Positions 18,292 to 27,094 of a stretch of DNA of 64,000 bases are shown piece by piece. The position numbers and the translations under genes are program-made. Origin of the DNA: an uncultured Gemmatimonas sp. (GTDB lineage Bacteria > Gemmatimonadota > Gemmatimonadetes > Gemmatimonadales > Gemmatimonadaceae); NCBI GenBank assembly GCA_964556915.1, contig CAZKYG010000100.1, forward strand, positions 22,566-86,565, in the 5' to 3' direction. How positions within the stretch are numbered: position 1 is the first letter of the stretch; each line of letters begins with the position of its first letter. The notes beneath the pieces were generated by a model. The model was not told the origin of the DNA. It made no database searches and was given only the letters and a program-made list of their open reading frames with translations.

Positions 18292-18933
18292 CTAGCGGAG
18301 CGCGGGCTCGACGATCTCGGCGAATGCGTTTCTGGCTCGGTTGAGCCGCGACTTCACCGTCCCGAGGTTGCAGTGCGTGATCTCGGCGATTTCCTCATAC
18401 GAGCGGCCCTCGAGCTCGCGCAGCACGAACACGTCCCGGTGATGCGCCGGCAGCTTGGCGACGGACTGCTCGACGACTTCCCGAAGGTGCCGACGCCGGA
18501 ATGCCTCATCCGGCTGAGCATCGGTATCCTCGAAATCGAGTTGCCGATCGTCGTCGTTCCACTGCGGTGTCAGGGTCGTGAACAACACGAGCGGACTGCG
18601 TGAACGGTTCCGGAGTTCGTTCTTCGCGAGGTTGGACGCGATGGTGTAGATCCAGGTCGAGAACTTCTTCGACCGGTCGAACCGCGACAAGTGCCGGTGC
18701 ACGCGAATGAAGGCCTCCTGCACCAGGTCCTCGGCGCGCTCGCGGTCGCCCACGATGCGGTAGACGAAGTTCAGCAGTCGAAGTTGGTAGCGCTCCACAA
18801 GCACGTCGAACGCCCGGCGCTCACCCGCCAGGTGGGCCTGTACGAGCTGCGGATCGTCGTACCGCTCGAGCGCCGCGCGTGTCGGCTCCGTCGCCTTGAG
18901 CGCCTGCTGGGTCCGTGCGGTGGCCTGAACCAT
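18292..18933 (-). CDS. ECF-family RNA polymerase sigma-70 factor
   Basis: Region 2 (LVQEAFIRVHRHLSRFDRSKKFSTWIYTIASNLAKN) and region 4 (VFVLRELEGRSYEEIAEITHCNLGTVKSRLNRAR). I prefer the internal ATG at 18933, which has GAGGG 8 nt upstream. Confidence 0.88.
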   Translation of the reverse strand: MVQATARTQQALKATEPTRAALERYDDPQLVQAHLAGERRAFDVLVERYQLRLLNFVYRIVGDRERAEDLVQEAFIRVHRHLSRFDRSKKFSTWIYTIASNLAKNELRNRSRSPLVLFTTLTPQWNDDDRQLDFEDTDAQPDEAFRRRHLREVVEQSVAKLPAHHRDVFVLRELEGRSYEEIAEITHCNLGTVKSRLNRARNAFAEIVEPALR

Positions 18934-19163
18934 AAGGAGTGCCCTCGACTCTCGGGTGCGTTTCCGTCCGATAGTTGTTGAGCACGGACCGTGCCGCAGC
19001 ACATGTGTTCGGTGGCCTGTTCGCCAAGTGATTACTGCACAATGGTTTAACGTGCCAGTGTGCGAGCTGTGCTCTTGCCCGGAGACAGCGCCGTTTCCCG
19101 GAATGAGGACATGGAAAGTGGACACCAGGTCCCGAATTCCGACAGGCCGTGCGTACGATCGAA

Positions 19164-19727
19164 CTAGCGGTTCAGTCGAAAGCCGGCCGCGAAGAGGATC
19201 GCAATGATCGTCTTTCCATCTGCAATCTCGCCCGTTCGAATTTTTCCGAGCGCCTCGGAAAGGGTGAGCACCCGCGGCTCGATGAACTCATCCGCCTCGC
19301 GACGCGCAACCCCCGCGGTAAGCCCAGCCGCCATGAAGAGATGAATGCGCTCGTCGCTGAAGCCCGGCGTCGTCAGGATCGTGGTCAGGAGTTCGAGGTG
19401 ACTTGTCGTACACCCTGTTTCTTCGAGCAATTCCCGTCTCGCGCAGTCTTCCGGGGCTTCCCCGGGATCGAGCCGCCCTGCAGGTATCTCGAGTAGCCAG
19501 CCACCCGCCGCATGCCGGTACTGCCGGATCATGAGCAACGATGGATCGGCTCCGGTTGGATCGCCGAGGAAGGGGAGCACCGCGCACGCACCGGGATGGC
19601 GAACGATGTCCAGCTCACCCAGGGTGCCATCCGGGAAGCGAACGGTATCGACCACCACGTCAATGACGCGCCCATGATGGATCACATGGGTCGAGATGGC
19701 CCGCCCGCCGTCGGGCGGATTGGTCAT
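19164..19727 (-). CDS. NUDIX hydrolase (ADP-ribose pyrophosphatase-like)
   Basis: Nudix box GRLDPGEAPEDCARRELLEETGC. The ATG at 19727 forms an ATGA overlap with the upstream stop. Confidence 0.85.
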   Translation of the reverse strand: MTNPPDGGRAISTHVIHHGRVIDVVVDTVRFPDGTLGELDIVRHPGACAVLPFLGDPTGADPSLLMIRQYRHAAGGWLLEIPAGRLDPGEAPEDCARRELLEETGCTTSHLELLTTILTTPGFSDERIHLFMAAGLTAGVARREADEFIEPRVLTLSEALGKIRTGEIADGKTIIAILFAAGFRLNR

Positions 19728-21118
19728 ATCTCCGCCGTGGCCCCGCGCGTCGGACAGCTCGTGTCGGCGCCTGTGGCGCGAAGTTCGGCGGCGAGGGAGT
19801 CCTGGGCTTCGGGCTCCCCGTGCACGAGCCATGTGTGCCGGAGCCGCGGGGACGTTCGCTTCACGGCTGCGTGCCACGCCAGCAGTTCGGCGTGCCCAGC
19901 GTGCGCGCTGTATCCGTTCAGGATCTCGACGCGCGCACGGAGTTCGACATTCTCGCCGAAGACCTTGATGATTGGACGACGTTCGCAGATCCGGCGCCCG
20001 AGTGTGTGCTCAGCCTGATAGCCCACGATCAGGATCGTGTTTTGCGGATTCGACGCCCCATGGAGCAGATGGTGGAGGATCCGGCCGGATTCGGCCATCC
20101 CCGATGCCGCCACGATCACCATCGGTCCGCGACGATTCATCGCAGCCTTCGACTCGTCGGGCGTCTGCGCGTACTCAACCATGCCGTCCGTCAGTGCCAT
20201 GGCCGGGTTCGATGCGAACTCACGAATCAGGGGCTCATTCATGTCGAACACGTCGGCATGCTGGCGGAAGACGGCGGTAGCCTCGATTGCCAGCGGGCTG
20301 TCAATGACGATCGGTATTTCCGGAATCCGCCTTTCTCGCGCGAGCACATGCAGCGCGTAGACGATTTCCTGCGTCCGGCCAACGGCGAATGCTGGAATCA
20401 GGATCTTGCCGCCGCGCGCGGCGGTCTCGGCAACGATCGTGGCAAGCCGGTTGCGTTCGCCGACCGCCCCAGGATGTTCGCGATTGCCATACGTGCTCTC
20501 CATGATGAGCGCGTCGACATTCGTTGGTGGCACCGGATCACGAATGATCGCGAGGCCCCGCCGGCCGATGTCTCCGCTGAAGGCCAGTCGCTGGGTGACC
20601 GCGCCGTCACGCCACTCGAGCGTCACGGATGCCGAACCAAGAATGTGGCCGGCGTCGACATATTGTGCCCGCAAGCCGGGCACCACATCGAAGGTGGTGC
20701 CGTATGCTTCCGGGCGCATCAACCGCACGGCTCGCTCGGCATCCGACGGATCGTACAGCGGCTCTTCGTGCGCCCGGTTCCGCCGGGCAAGAAACTCCGC
20801 GTCTTTCTCCTGGATGTGCGCGGAATCCGCCAGCATCACGCGACAGAGATCGACGGTCGCCGGCGTGGCAAAGATCGGGCCGGCATACCCGCGGCGCGCC
20901 AGAAACGGGAGCCGTCCGGAGTGATCGATGTGCGCATGCGACAGCACGACCGCATCGATCGATGACGTATCCACGGGAAGCGTCGTGTTCTTCTCGCGCA
21001 CGGCGGTGCGGCGGCCTTGAAACAGGCCGGCGTCGAGCAACACCGTTCGACCGCCAACGCGGACGACGTGGCACGAACCCGTGACCTCGCGCGCGGCGCC
21101 ATGAAACGTCAGTTGCAT
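19724..21118 (-). CDS. MBL-fold metallo-hydrolase with beta-CASP / RNA-specificity domain
   Basis: From the ATG at 21118: [40 protein letters not shown], and a C-terminal ..[14 protein letters not shown] pattern typical of beta-CASP RNases. Confidence 0.88.
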   Translation of the reverse strand: MQLTFHGAAREVTGSCHVVRVGGRTVLLDAGLFQGRRTAVREKNTTLPVDTSSIDAVVLSHAHIDHSGRLPFLARRGYAGPIFATPATVDLCRVMLADSAHIQEKDAEFLARRNRAHEEPLYDPSDAERAVRLMRPEAYGTTFDVVPGLRAQYVDAGHILGSASVTLEWRDGAVTQRLAFSGDIGRRGLAIIRDPVPPTNVDALIMESTYGNREHPGAVGERNRLATIVAETAARGGKILIPAFAVGRTQEIVYALHVLARERRIPEIPIVIDSPLAIEATAVFRQHADVFDMNEPLIREFASNPAMALTDGMVEYAQTPDESKAAMNRRGPMVIVAASGMAESGRILHHLLHGASNPQNTILIVGYQAEHTLGRRICERRPIIKVFGENVELRARVEILNGYSAHAGHAELLAWHAAVKRTSPRLRHTWLVHGEPEAQDSLAAELRATGADTSCPTRGATAEI

Positions 21119-21163
21119 GCGCTGGCGACCGGTGGGTGCCACGCAGTGGCGCAAACGCTCGGG

Positions 21164-21340
21164 CTACCGTCCAGAGTCGGCCTTTCGCGCGAAGACGATC
21201 GTGAGCCGCTCCGCGTCCTGCGTCATGAGCTCCGGTACCCAACCCCCGCGACTGCGTTCGTTGAGGAGATCGGTGATCGCGTCTTCATCGTCGCGGACAC
21301 GATGGACAAGGCGAAGGATGACGGCCTGGTATTCTTTCAT
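21164..21340 (-). CDS. small DUF4177-like protein
   Basis: 58 aa from the internal ATG: [53 protein letters not shown]. The size and the M-x-EY..V pattern resemble DUF4177. Recognition is weak. Confidence 0.45.
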   Translation of the reverse strand: MKEYQAVILRLVHRVRDDEDAITDLLNERSRGGWVPELMTQDAERLTIVFARKADSGR

Positions 21341-21367
21341 CCCCGCGAAAATACTAGACTCCCCGGC

Positions 21368-22015
21368 ATGCCCACCACCCCGCCGGACACCAACGTTGTC
21401 ATCCTGCGACACCCCCTGGTGCAGCACAAGCTCACCATGCTGCGTGATCGCTCAACCCCCACGAAGATCTTCAAGGAACTCGTGGACGAGATCGCCATGC
21501 TCATGGCATACGAGGCCACGGTCAACCTCGAGATCGAGCCCTGCGACGTTGAAACGCCGCTCGAGCGCACGGCAGGCGCCCGGGTCGCCGGCAAGAAGCT
21601 CGTGCTTGTGCCGATCTTGCGTGCCGGACTCGGAATGGTGGAAGGCATCTTGCGGCTGATCCCGTCGGCGCGTGTCGGCCACATCGGGTTGTATCGCGAT
21701 CATGACACTCTCAAGCCCGTCGACTACTACTTTCGCATCCCCGGTGACGCGGCGGAACGGGAGTTCTTCGTGCTCGATCCAATGCTCGCCACCGGCGGCA
21801 GCGCGATCGCGGCGGTGACGCGCTTGAAGGCGGCGGGCGCGCGCCGAATACGATTCCTGTGTCTCGTGGCAGCGCCCGAGGGGATCGCGGCGTTGCGCAC
21901 GGCGCATCCCGACACGCCGATCATGGCGGCCGCGCTCGATCGCGAACTGAACGCGCACGGATACATCCTGCCTGGACTCGGCGACGCCGGCGATCGGTTG
22001 TTCGGCACGCGCTAG
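21368..22015 (+). CDS. upp: uracil phosphoribosyltransferase
   Basis: 215 aa from the ATG at 21368: [23 protein letters not shown], and the PRPP motif [13 protein letters not shown]-terminus [16 protein letters not shown]. Confidence 0.95.
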   Translation: MPTTPPDTNVVILRHPLVQHKLTMLRDRSTPTKIFKELVDEIAMLMAYEATVNLEIEPCDVETPLERTAGARVAGKKLVLVPILRAGLGMVEGILRLIPSARVGHIGLYRDHDTLKPVDYYFRIPGDAAEREFFVLDPMLATGGSAIAAVTRLKAAGARRIRFLCLVAAPEGIAALRTAHPDTPIMAAALDRELNAHGYILPGLGDAGDRLFGTR

Positions 22016-22213
22016 TCCATTCACGGCGAGGTGTTCGCGCTTGCCAGCCGCATCCCGGACAAACACAATCCACTCCCTCGCCTCCTCGGTTGCAAACACG
22101 TGACCTTGTTTGCATACACGTGGGCCTCTACATTCTCGCGCGGTTGTCGCGTCGTGTTGCTCGATGCGGTGAGACGACCGAAGTGATCCGCCCGTCCTCC
22201 GAACCCCGTCGCA

Positions 22214-23149
22214 ATGCTCATCAACCTGCTGCCCGAATTTTTTGCGGTGCTGCAGAGTAGCGAGCCGGAAGTCGCGTATGGACGATACCTGGAGGCGCAT
22301 CGCGCCCTGCTCGAGGCGTATTGGCACAACTACGTGATCGAGCCCGTTGGTCCGCAGTTCGACGACGTCGTGCGGGACGTCGTCCGCGCCGACCGCCGCG
22401 ACTTGCGCGACATGCTGGCGCGAACCGATGTGATCGCGCTCGCACAGGCCACGGAATCGCGATGCCGGGCATTGTTCGCCGAGGACGTCGACTTTGACAT
22501 CATCGTGATGGTCGGCGTCGGCGCTGCCAATGCTGGCGAGCTCGTGGTCAACGGGCATGGCGCGGCGTTCGTCTGCCTCGAGCACTTCACGAGCGTGGCC
22601 AATACGTCGAGTCACGGGCTTGGGCTCGATCCGGAACTGATGCCAATGTGGCTCGCCCACGAAATTGCCCATTGCGTGCGCTACACGGCGACGGATAGTC
22701 GGAGCGAGTTCCGTGATGCGGTGGCGGCGGCCGGTGGGTACTACTCGTACTGGGAGACCGGGCGCCAGGTCACGCTGCGAGAGCACCTGGTGAATGAAGG
22801 CCTCGCCGTTCACGCAGCACGGCAGTTCAGCCCGGGGCACGCGCCATGGGAGTATCTGGGCTACGAGCGCCGCCAGTTCGCGCGCATTCGCGAGCTTGAA
22901 TCGGTGATCGGGCATGCCGTTGTCGATGATCTTGACCGCGCCGGGCTCGGGCTGCGCCTCCGGTATCTCTCCGGCGGCATGTCGGACGAGGCACGAACCG
23001 TCCAGCGCCATGTGCTCCCGGAGCGCAGCGGATACTACCTCGGGGCGCGCATGGTGGAGGCGGCGGTGGCCGACCTTGGGCTGGCCCGTGCGCTTCGAGC
23101 GTCGGCGCGCGACCTGACGACCGTCACCGGGGCCGCGCGCACCGCCTGA
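22214..23149 (+). CDS. hypothetical HExxH protein (DUF2268-like putative Zn protease)
   Basis: 311 aa with HEIAH (HExxH) in a context resembling the DUF2268 'predicted Zn-dependent protease' family. The assignment is tentative. Confidence 0.55.
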   Translation: MLINLLPEFFAVLQSSEPEVAYGRYLEAHRALLEAYWHNYVIEPVGPQFDDVVRDVVRADRRDLRDMLARTDVIALAQATESRCRALFAEDVDFDIIVMVGVGAANAGELVVNGHGAAFVCLEHFTSVANTSSHGLGLDPELMPMWLAHEIAHCVRYTATDSRSEFRDAVAAAGGYYSYWETGRQVTLREHLVNEGLAVHAARQFSPGHAPWEYLGYERRQFARIRELESVIGHAVVDDLDRAGLGLRLRYLSGGMSDEARTVQRHVLPERSGYYLGARMVEAAVADLGLARALRASARDLTTVTGAARTA

Positions 23150-23152
23150 ACG

Positions 23153-24547
23153 TCACTTCCCGACGCAGAAGGTCGAAAAGACGCGCGCGAGAACCTCGTC
23201 AGCATCGATCGCCCCGACGAGGTCCTCGAGCGCGGCAACGGCCGCCCGGAGGTGCGTGGCGGCAACCGGCGTTGGCAGCTCGCCGGCATGCCACGCGGCG
23301 ATGAACGCGTCGATCTCGGCACGTGCCGATTCGAGCGCAGCCTGCTGTCGGGCCGTAATGGCCGCGTCTGGGCGCGGAGTCCCTCCCGCCTGCGCGCTCA
23401 CCGCATCCATGATGCGTTGCCGCAGTTCCGGGATTCCTTCGCCCGTCACACTGCTGACCGCAACGGCCTCACCACCAGGAACGGCGTCGTCCACGCGACG
23501 CAGGTCGACCTTCGTTCGTGCGACGACGATTTCGGCGCGCGTCAACTCCCGGATCCGGCCGCGGACGACCGCGCCGTCCGAGATCCTCTCGCGCTCATCG
23601 CACACGACCACGACGTCCGCGGCACGCAGGTAGCGCTCACTCACCGCAATGCCGAGCCGCTCGACCAGCCCGGCGTCGTCGCGCAACCCGGCCGTATCCA
23701 CGTACCGCAGCGGCCACGGATCACCGTCCACGAAGACTTCAATGGCGTCGCGCGTTGTGCCGGGCTCGTCGCTGACGATCGCACGCATCTCCCCGACCAG
23801 AGCGTTGAGGAGCGACGACTTTCCGGCGTTCGGCGGCCCCGCAAGTACGACGGTGGCGCCGTCCCTGGCGCGCGCCTGCGCCGGCGCGCTCGCCGCCGCC
23901 GCATGCAGGCGCATCCGTAGTGCCTCGGCGGCTTGCGTTACCCGCTCACGCGCCAGCGGGCCGTGGTCTTCCTCGGGAAAGTCGATGTCGAATGCCAGGA
24001 GTGCCTCGAGTCCGATCGCCGCCTCGCGCAAGCTCGCGTATTGCTGCGCCAAGTGGCCGGAGAGCGCCTCTATCGCGGCGTTGTGCGCCGCGCGTGTGCG
24101 CGCGTCTATCAACTCGCGAACAGCTTCCGCCTGGATGAGGTCGAGTTTTCCCCGGAGCAGGGCCCGTTCGGTGAACTCGCCCGGAAGCGCTGGCCGCGCT
24201 CCGGCAGCGGCAAACGCCGCCTCGATGGCGGCGGGCACGTATCGGCCTCCATGCGAGTGTACTTCGAGCACGGTTTCACCCGTGTATGACGCGGGTGCGG
24301 GAAACACCGCGGCAAGCCCTTCATCGATCGGGTCGCCCGTCCGCGGGTCGCGCACCGTGCATCGGGTCAGGCGCCGCGGTCGCGTCGGCCACGGCGCGAC
24401 GACCCGACGCCCAATCTCCTCGGCGCCCGGACCGCTGAGTCGCACGATACCGATCGCCGACCGACCCGCGGCGGTGCCGATCGCAACGATCGTGTCGCTG
24501 CGAACCGCCGCGCCGCTAGCGCGTGCTTTGTGCCTTGCGTCGCTCAT
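23153..24547 (-). CDS. mnmE: tRNA modification GTPase MnmE
   Basis: 464 aa with DTIVAIGTAAGRSAIGIVRLSG, G1 GPPNAGKSSLLN, DTAGLR, and the C-terminal FCVGK tetrapeptide. Confidence 0.95.
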   Translation of the reverse strand: MSDARHKARASGAAVRSDTIVAIGTAAGRSAIGIVRLSGPGAEEIGRRVVAPWPTRPRRLTRCTVRDPRTGDPIDEGLAAVFPAPASYTGETVLEVHSHGGRYVPAAIEAAFAAAGARPALPGEFTERALLRGKLDLIQAEAVRELIDARTRAAHNAAIEALSGHLAQQYASLREAAIGLEALLAFDIDFPEEDHGPLARERVTQAAEALRMRLHAAAASAPAQARARDGATVVLAGPPNAGKSSLLNALVGEMRAIVSDEPGTTRDAIEVFVDGDPWPLRYVDTAGLRDDAGLVERLGIAVSERYLRAADVVVVCDERERISDGAVVRGRIRELTRAEIVVARTKVDLRRVDDAVPGGEAVAVSSVTGEGIPELRQRIMDAVSAQAGGTPRPDAAITARQQAALESARAEIDAFIAAWHAGELPTPVAATHLRAAVAALEDLVGAIDADEVLARVFSTFCVGK

Positions 24548-26174
24548 TGGCGATCATCCACTGCTGCGGAATCGCCGCGATCTGCTGCACGAGATAATAG
24601 ATGCTGAGTCCCGACGCCGTGTTGAGCAGGAACATCGTGAAGATACCGGGCATCAGGTACAGCATGGTCGTGGACTGCGGGTTCTTCGGCAGGTTCCGCA
24701 TGCCGATCCAGGACAGCAGGAACATCGACGCACCAGTCAGCAGCGGGAGGACATAGAGCGGGTCGTGCAACGAAATGTCTGACAGCCACAGGAAGGGAAC
24801 GCCGCGGAACTCGATCGTGTTCTGGAACACGAAGAAGAGTGCAAAAAACACGGGCATCGGGATGAGCGCCGGCAGGCATCCCGAGAGGGCAGCGAACGGA
24901 CTCATGCCGTGGTCCTGATAGACGCGCATGATCTCCTGTTGCAGCTTCTCCTTGTCGTTCTTGTAACGTTCCTGGACGGCGGCGATTTCCGGCTGGACCC
25001 GCTGCATCCTGATGCTCGATCGCATGGCACTCTGGTTCAGCGGCCAGAGCAACACCCGGATGGCGAAGCCGAAAATCACCAGCACCCAGCCGTAGTCGAG
25101 CTTCACAACCCGCTTCATCCACAGCATGATGCGCATGACGATCGTCGCGAAGGGCTGGACGATCGGCTGCAGAAATCCGCCGTAGGGATTTGCCGTCTCG
25201 AACTCGCGGCCAATTGCGCGCATGCGCTCCCAGGACTGCGGACCCGCATACAGATCGAAGTTGGCGGCACCGTTGACGAGCGGAATCACCACGGTGCCGC
25301 TCGCGTGCCGGGCAAGTTTTCCATCGCGCAACGCTCCCGTGACGTCGAGTTCCGCGAACGGCGTCGAGTCACTCTCCGACAGCAGGCCGATCACGAAATA
25401 CTTGGTCTTGGTCACCGCCCAGGAAATCGGTCCCGCGACGAGCTTCCGTTCGCCGGGATCAACACTCGCAAAGGTGATGCCGCGGGCGTTGCCGTGCACC
25501 GGCTTCGCCGCAAAGGCAAGGTGGCGGATGTCGTCGAGCGTGTCGGCTTCCTGCGACGCCAGGCTTGTTGGAAGCTCCGCCAGCAGATAGGCGCGCCCGC
25601 CGGCGGCCGTGCGAACGCGTACGTGCGTGCGATACGGATCTGCGGGCTGATACTCGATCGTCGTGGCCGGCGCGTTGCCGACCGACTCGAAGCGTACGAC
25701 CCCGGCGGCGTCCGGCCCACCAGGGGTGACGTGGAACGGTACATCCGCAAGGGAAACCGTGTCGCTGGCCGCCAGGATGCGAAACCGCAGCAGTGGTTGG
25801 CTGCCATCGGCAAGCTCAACTGCCGCTCCCTTCGACGCCGGAGATAGCGACCGAAGTTCCGCGAGCGTGACACGTGTCGGCGCGGCACCCCGGGAAAGGA
25901 GCGTCATCGTCGCCGATGCGGTGCGAACCATCGTTGTCTCGGGCGGCGCGATTTCGGCGGTTGCGGGTCGGGCGCCTGCATCGCGCCCTGGCGCGCCCAC
26001 TGCGGCGCGACCCGCCGCGCCGGCAGTCACTGCACCGGAGTCGGTGCGTCCGCCTTGCGTAGCCGACGTCGGCGACGACACGACCGGCGTGGCAGGCGGC
26101 CGCCCAACCAGCAACGGCGTCACCACCAGCACCACGCCGGTCAGCAGCAGCGCAAGGAAGAACCGCTTTTCCAT
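24516..26174 (-). CDS. yidC: membrane protein insertase YidC
   Basis: 552 aa with an N-terminal TM segment, a large periplasmic domain and the conserved C-terminal core (..WGWVLVIFGFAIRVLLWPLNQSAMRS...). Its 3' end overlaps the mnmE start by 32 nt. Confidence 0.95.
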   Translation of the reverse strand: MEKRFFLALLLTGVVLVVTPLLVGRPPATPVVSSPTSATQGGRTDSGAVTAGAAGRAAVGAPGRDAGARPATAEIAPPETTMVRTASATMTLLSRGAAPTRVTLAELRSLSPASKGAAVELADGSQPLLRFRILAASDTVSLADVPFHVTPGGPDAAGVVRFESVGNAPATTIEYQPADPYRTHVRVRTAAGGRAYLLAELPTSLASQEADTLDDIRHLAFAAKPVHGNARGITFASVDPGERKLVAGPISWAVTKTKYFVIGLLSESDSTPFAELDVTGALRDGKLARHASGTVVIPLVNGAANFDLYAGPQSWERMRAIGREFETANPYGGFLQPIVQPFATIVMRIMLWMKRVVKLDYGWVLVIFGFAIRVLLWPLNQSAMRSSIRMQRVQPEIAAVQERYKNDKEKLQQEIMRVYQDHGMSPFAALSGCLPALIPMPVFFALFFVFQNTIEFRGVPFLWLSDISLHDPLYVLPLLTGASMFLLSWIGMRNLPKNPQSTTMLYLMPGIFTMFLLNTASGLSIYYLVQQIAAIPQQWMIANERRKAQSTR

Positions 26175-26192
26175 AGTCTCGTTGTCCCCGCC

Positions 26193-26402
26193 TCAAGGAA
26201 CCGGATCGAAGCCACCCGGCCTGAACGGGTGACATCTGGCGACCCGTTTTGCAGCCAGCCACGTGCCGCGCACTGCGCCGTGCTTCTCCAGCGCCTCGAT
26301 TGCGTACGCCGAGCACGTCGGAAAGTACCTGCATGACGACGGCAGGAGCGGACCAATCGCCACCTGATACAGGCGGACCAGAAGCACAAGGACTCGCCTC
26401 AT
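26193..26402 (-). CDS. yidD: membrane protein insertion efficiency factor YidD
   Basis: 69 aa from the ATG at 26402: [53 protein letters not shown] is the YidD signature. Confidence 0.9.
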   Translation of the reverse strand: MRRVLVLLVRLYQVAIGPLLPSSCRYFPTCSAYAIEALEKHGAVRGTWLAAKRVARCHPFRPGGFDPVP

Positions 26403-26418
26403 GGCGCGAGGCACGGAA

Positions 26419-26673
26419 TCATACGCCGGCCTTGTCGCGGAGCGCGTCGAGCTCCGACCGCAATGCGTCGAAGGTCGCCTCGTATGCCGCAGGGAGCGCG
26501 CGGATAACGACGTCGCGCACGGTTCCGCGACCACGCCAGATCCATTCCGCTCGAACCAGTTCGCGCAGGCGGCGCTTCACGCGGTTGCGGTCAACGGCCG
26601 AATACCCATACCGCGGCACAACGATGCCGATTCGGCTTTGTGGAACCGCCGTGGGCGCCAATCGCATGTCCAC
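26419..26673 (-). CDS. rnpA: ribonuclease P protein component (minimal version from the first canonical start)
   Basis: RNR motif [12 protein letters not shown]. The conserved N-terminal block (FPRARRLTRGPEIAAVQRTGRRVRG) is encoded in frame upstream of GTG 26673, with no ATG/GTG/TTG available (see findings). The true 5' end probably lies between 26674 and 26796. Confidence 0.75.
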   Translation of the reverse strand: MDMRLAPTAVPQSRIGIVVPRYGYSAVDRNRVKRRLRELVRAEWIWRGRGTVRDVVIRALPAAYEATFDALRSELDALRDKAGV

Positions 26674-26767
26674 CAGCGCCCCTCGTACGCGCCGCCCTGT
26701 TCTTTGAACCGCCGCAATCTCCGGCCCCCGCGTCAGCCGGCGGGCGCGCGGAAAGCGGTCCCCCGCG

Positions 26768-26932
26768 CTACGCCCCGGCGTACTTCGACGGAAGCTTCAC
26801 GGTGAGCTGCCGACGGCCCTTCTTCCGGCGCCGGCTCAACACTTCACGCCCCCATTTGGTCGACATTCGCGTCCGAAAACCGTGCTTTCGAATTCGACGC
26901 TTGTTTCGTGGGCGGTACGTCGGCTTTCCCAT
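26768..26932 (-). CDS. rpmH: 50S ribosomal protein L34
   Basis: My own translation (too short for the ORF track) gives [59 protein letters not shown] lies upstream of the ATG. Confidence 0.9.
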   Translation of the reverse strand: MGKPTYRPRNKRRIRKHGFRTRMSTKWGREVLSRRRKKGRRQLTVKLPSKYAGA

Positions 26933-27041
26933 TCCTACTCCTGACCGTTCAGAAAAAACGATAGCGCGAAGCTGCTAAAGCTATCTGATGCCAACAGATA
27001 CATCAAGCTCAGCACCCTTGCTTGGCATCACAAGTGTTGAC

Positions 27042-27050
27042 TTGTCCACA
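27042..27050 (+). promoter_or_regulatory. DnaA-box-like nonamer TTGTCCACA upstream of dnaA
   Basis: One mismatch to TTATCCACA. It overlaps a TTGACT hexamer (27037-27042) that could be a -35 element, with TAGGTT 17 nt downstream as a weak -10. Confidence 0.4.
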
Positions 27051-27094
27051 TTGCTCCCGTAGGTTCGCTCCCCCGCTTCCTCAAACCCCACCAC

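Noticed and set aside
18934-19163. Autoregulated ECF-type promoter (GGAAC-N16-17-CGTC) upstream of the sigma factor gene
   Set aside because: Only GGAAAC-like fragments are present, with no suitable -10 partner at the right spacing.
21452-23011. 519-aa ORF on the minus strand
   Set aside because: It overlaps upp and the HExxH hypothetical gene in antisense, has no motifs, and is Arg/His-rich.
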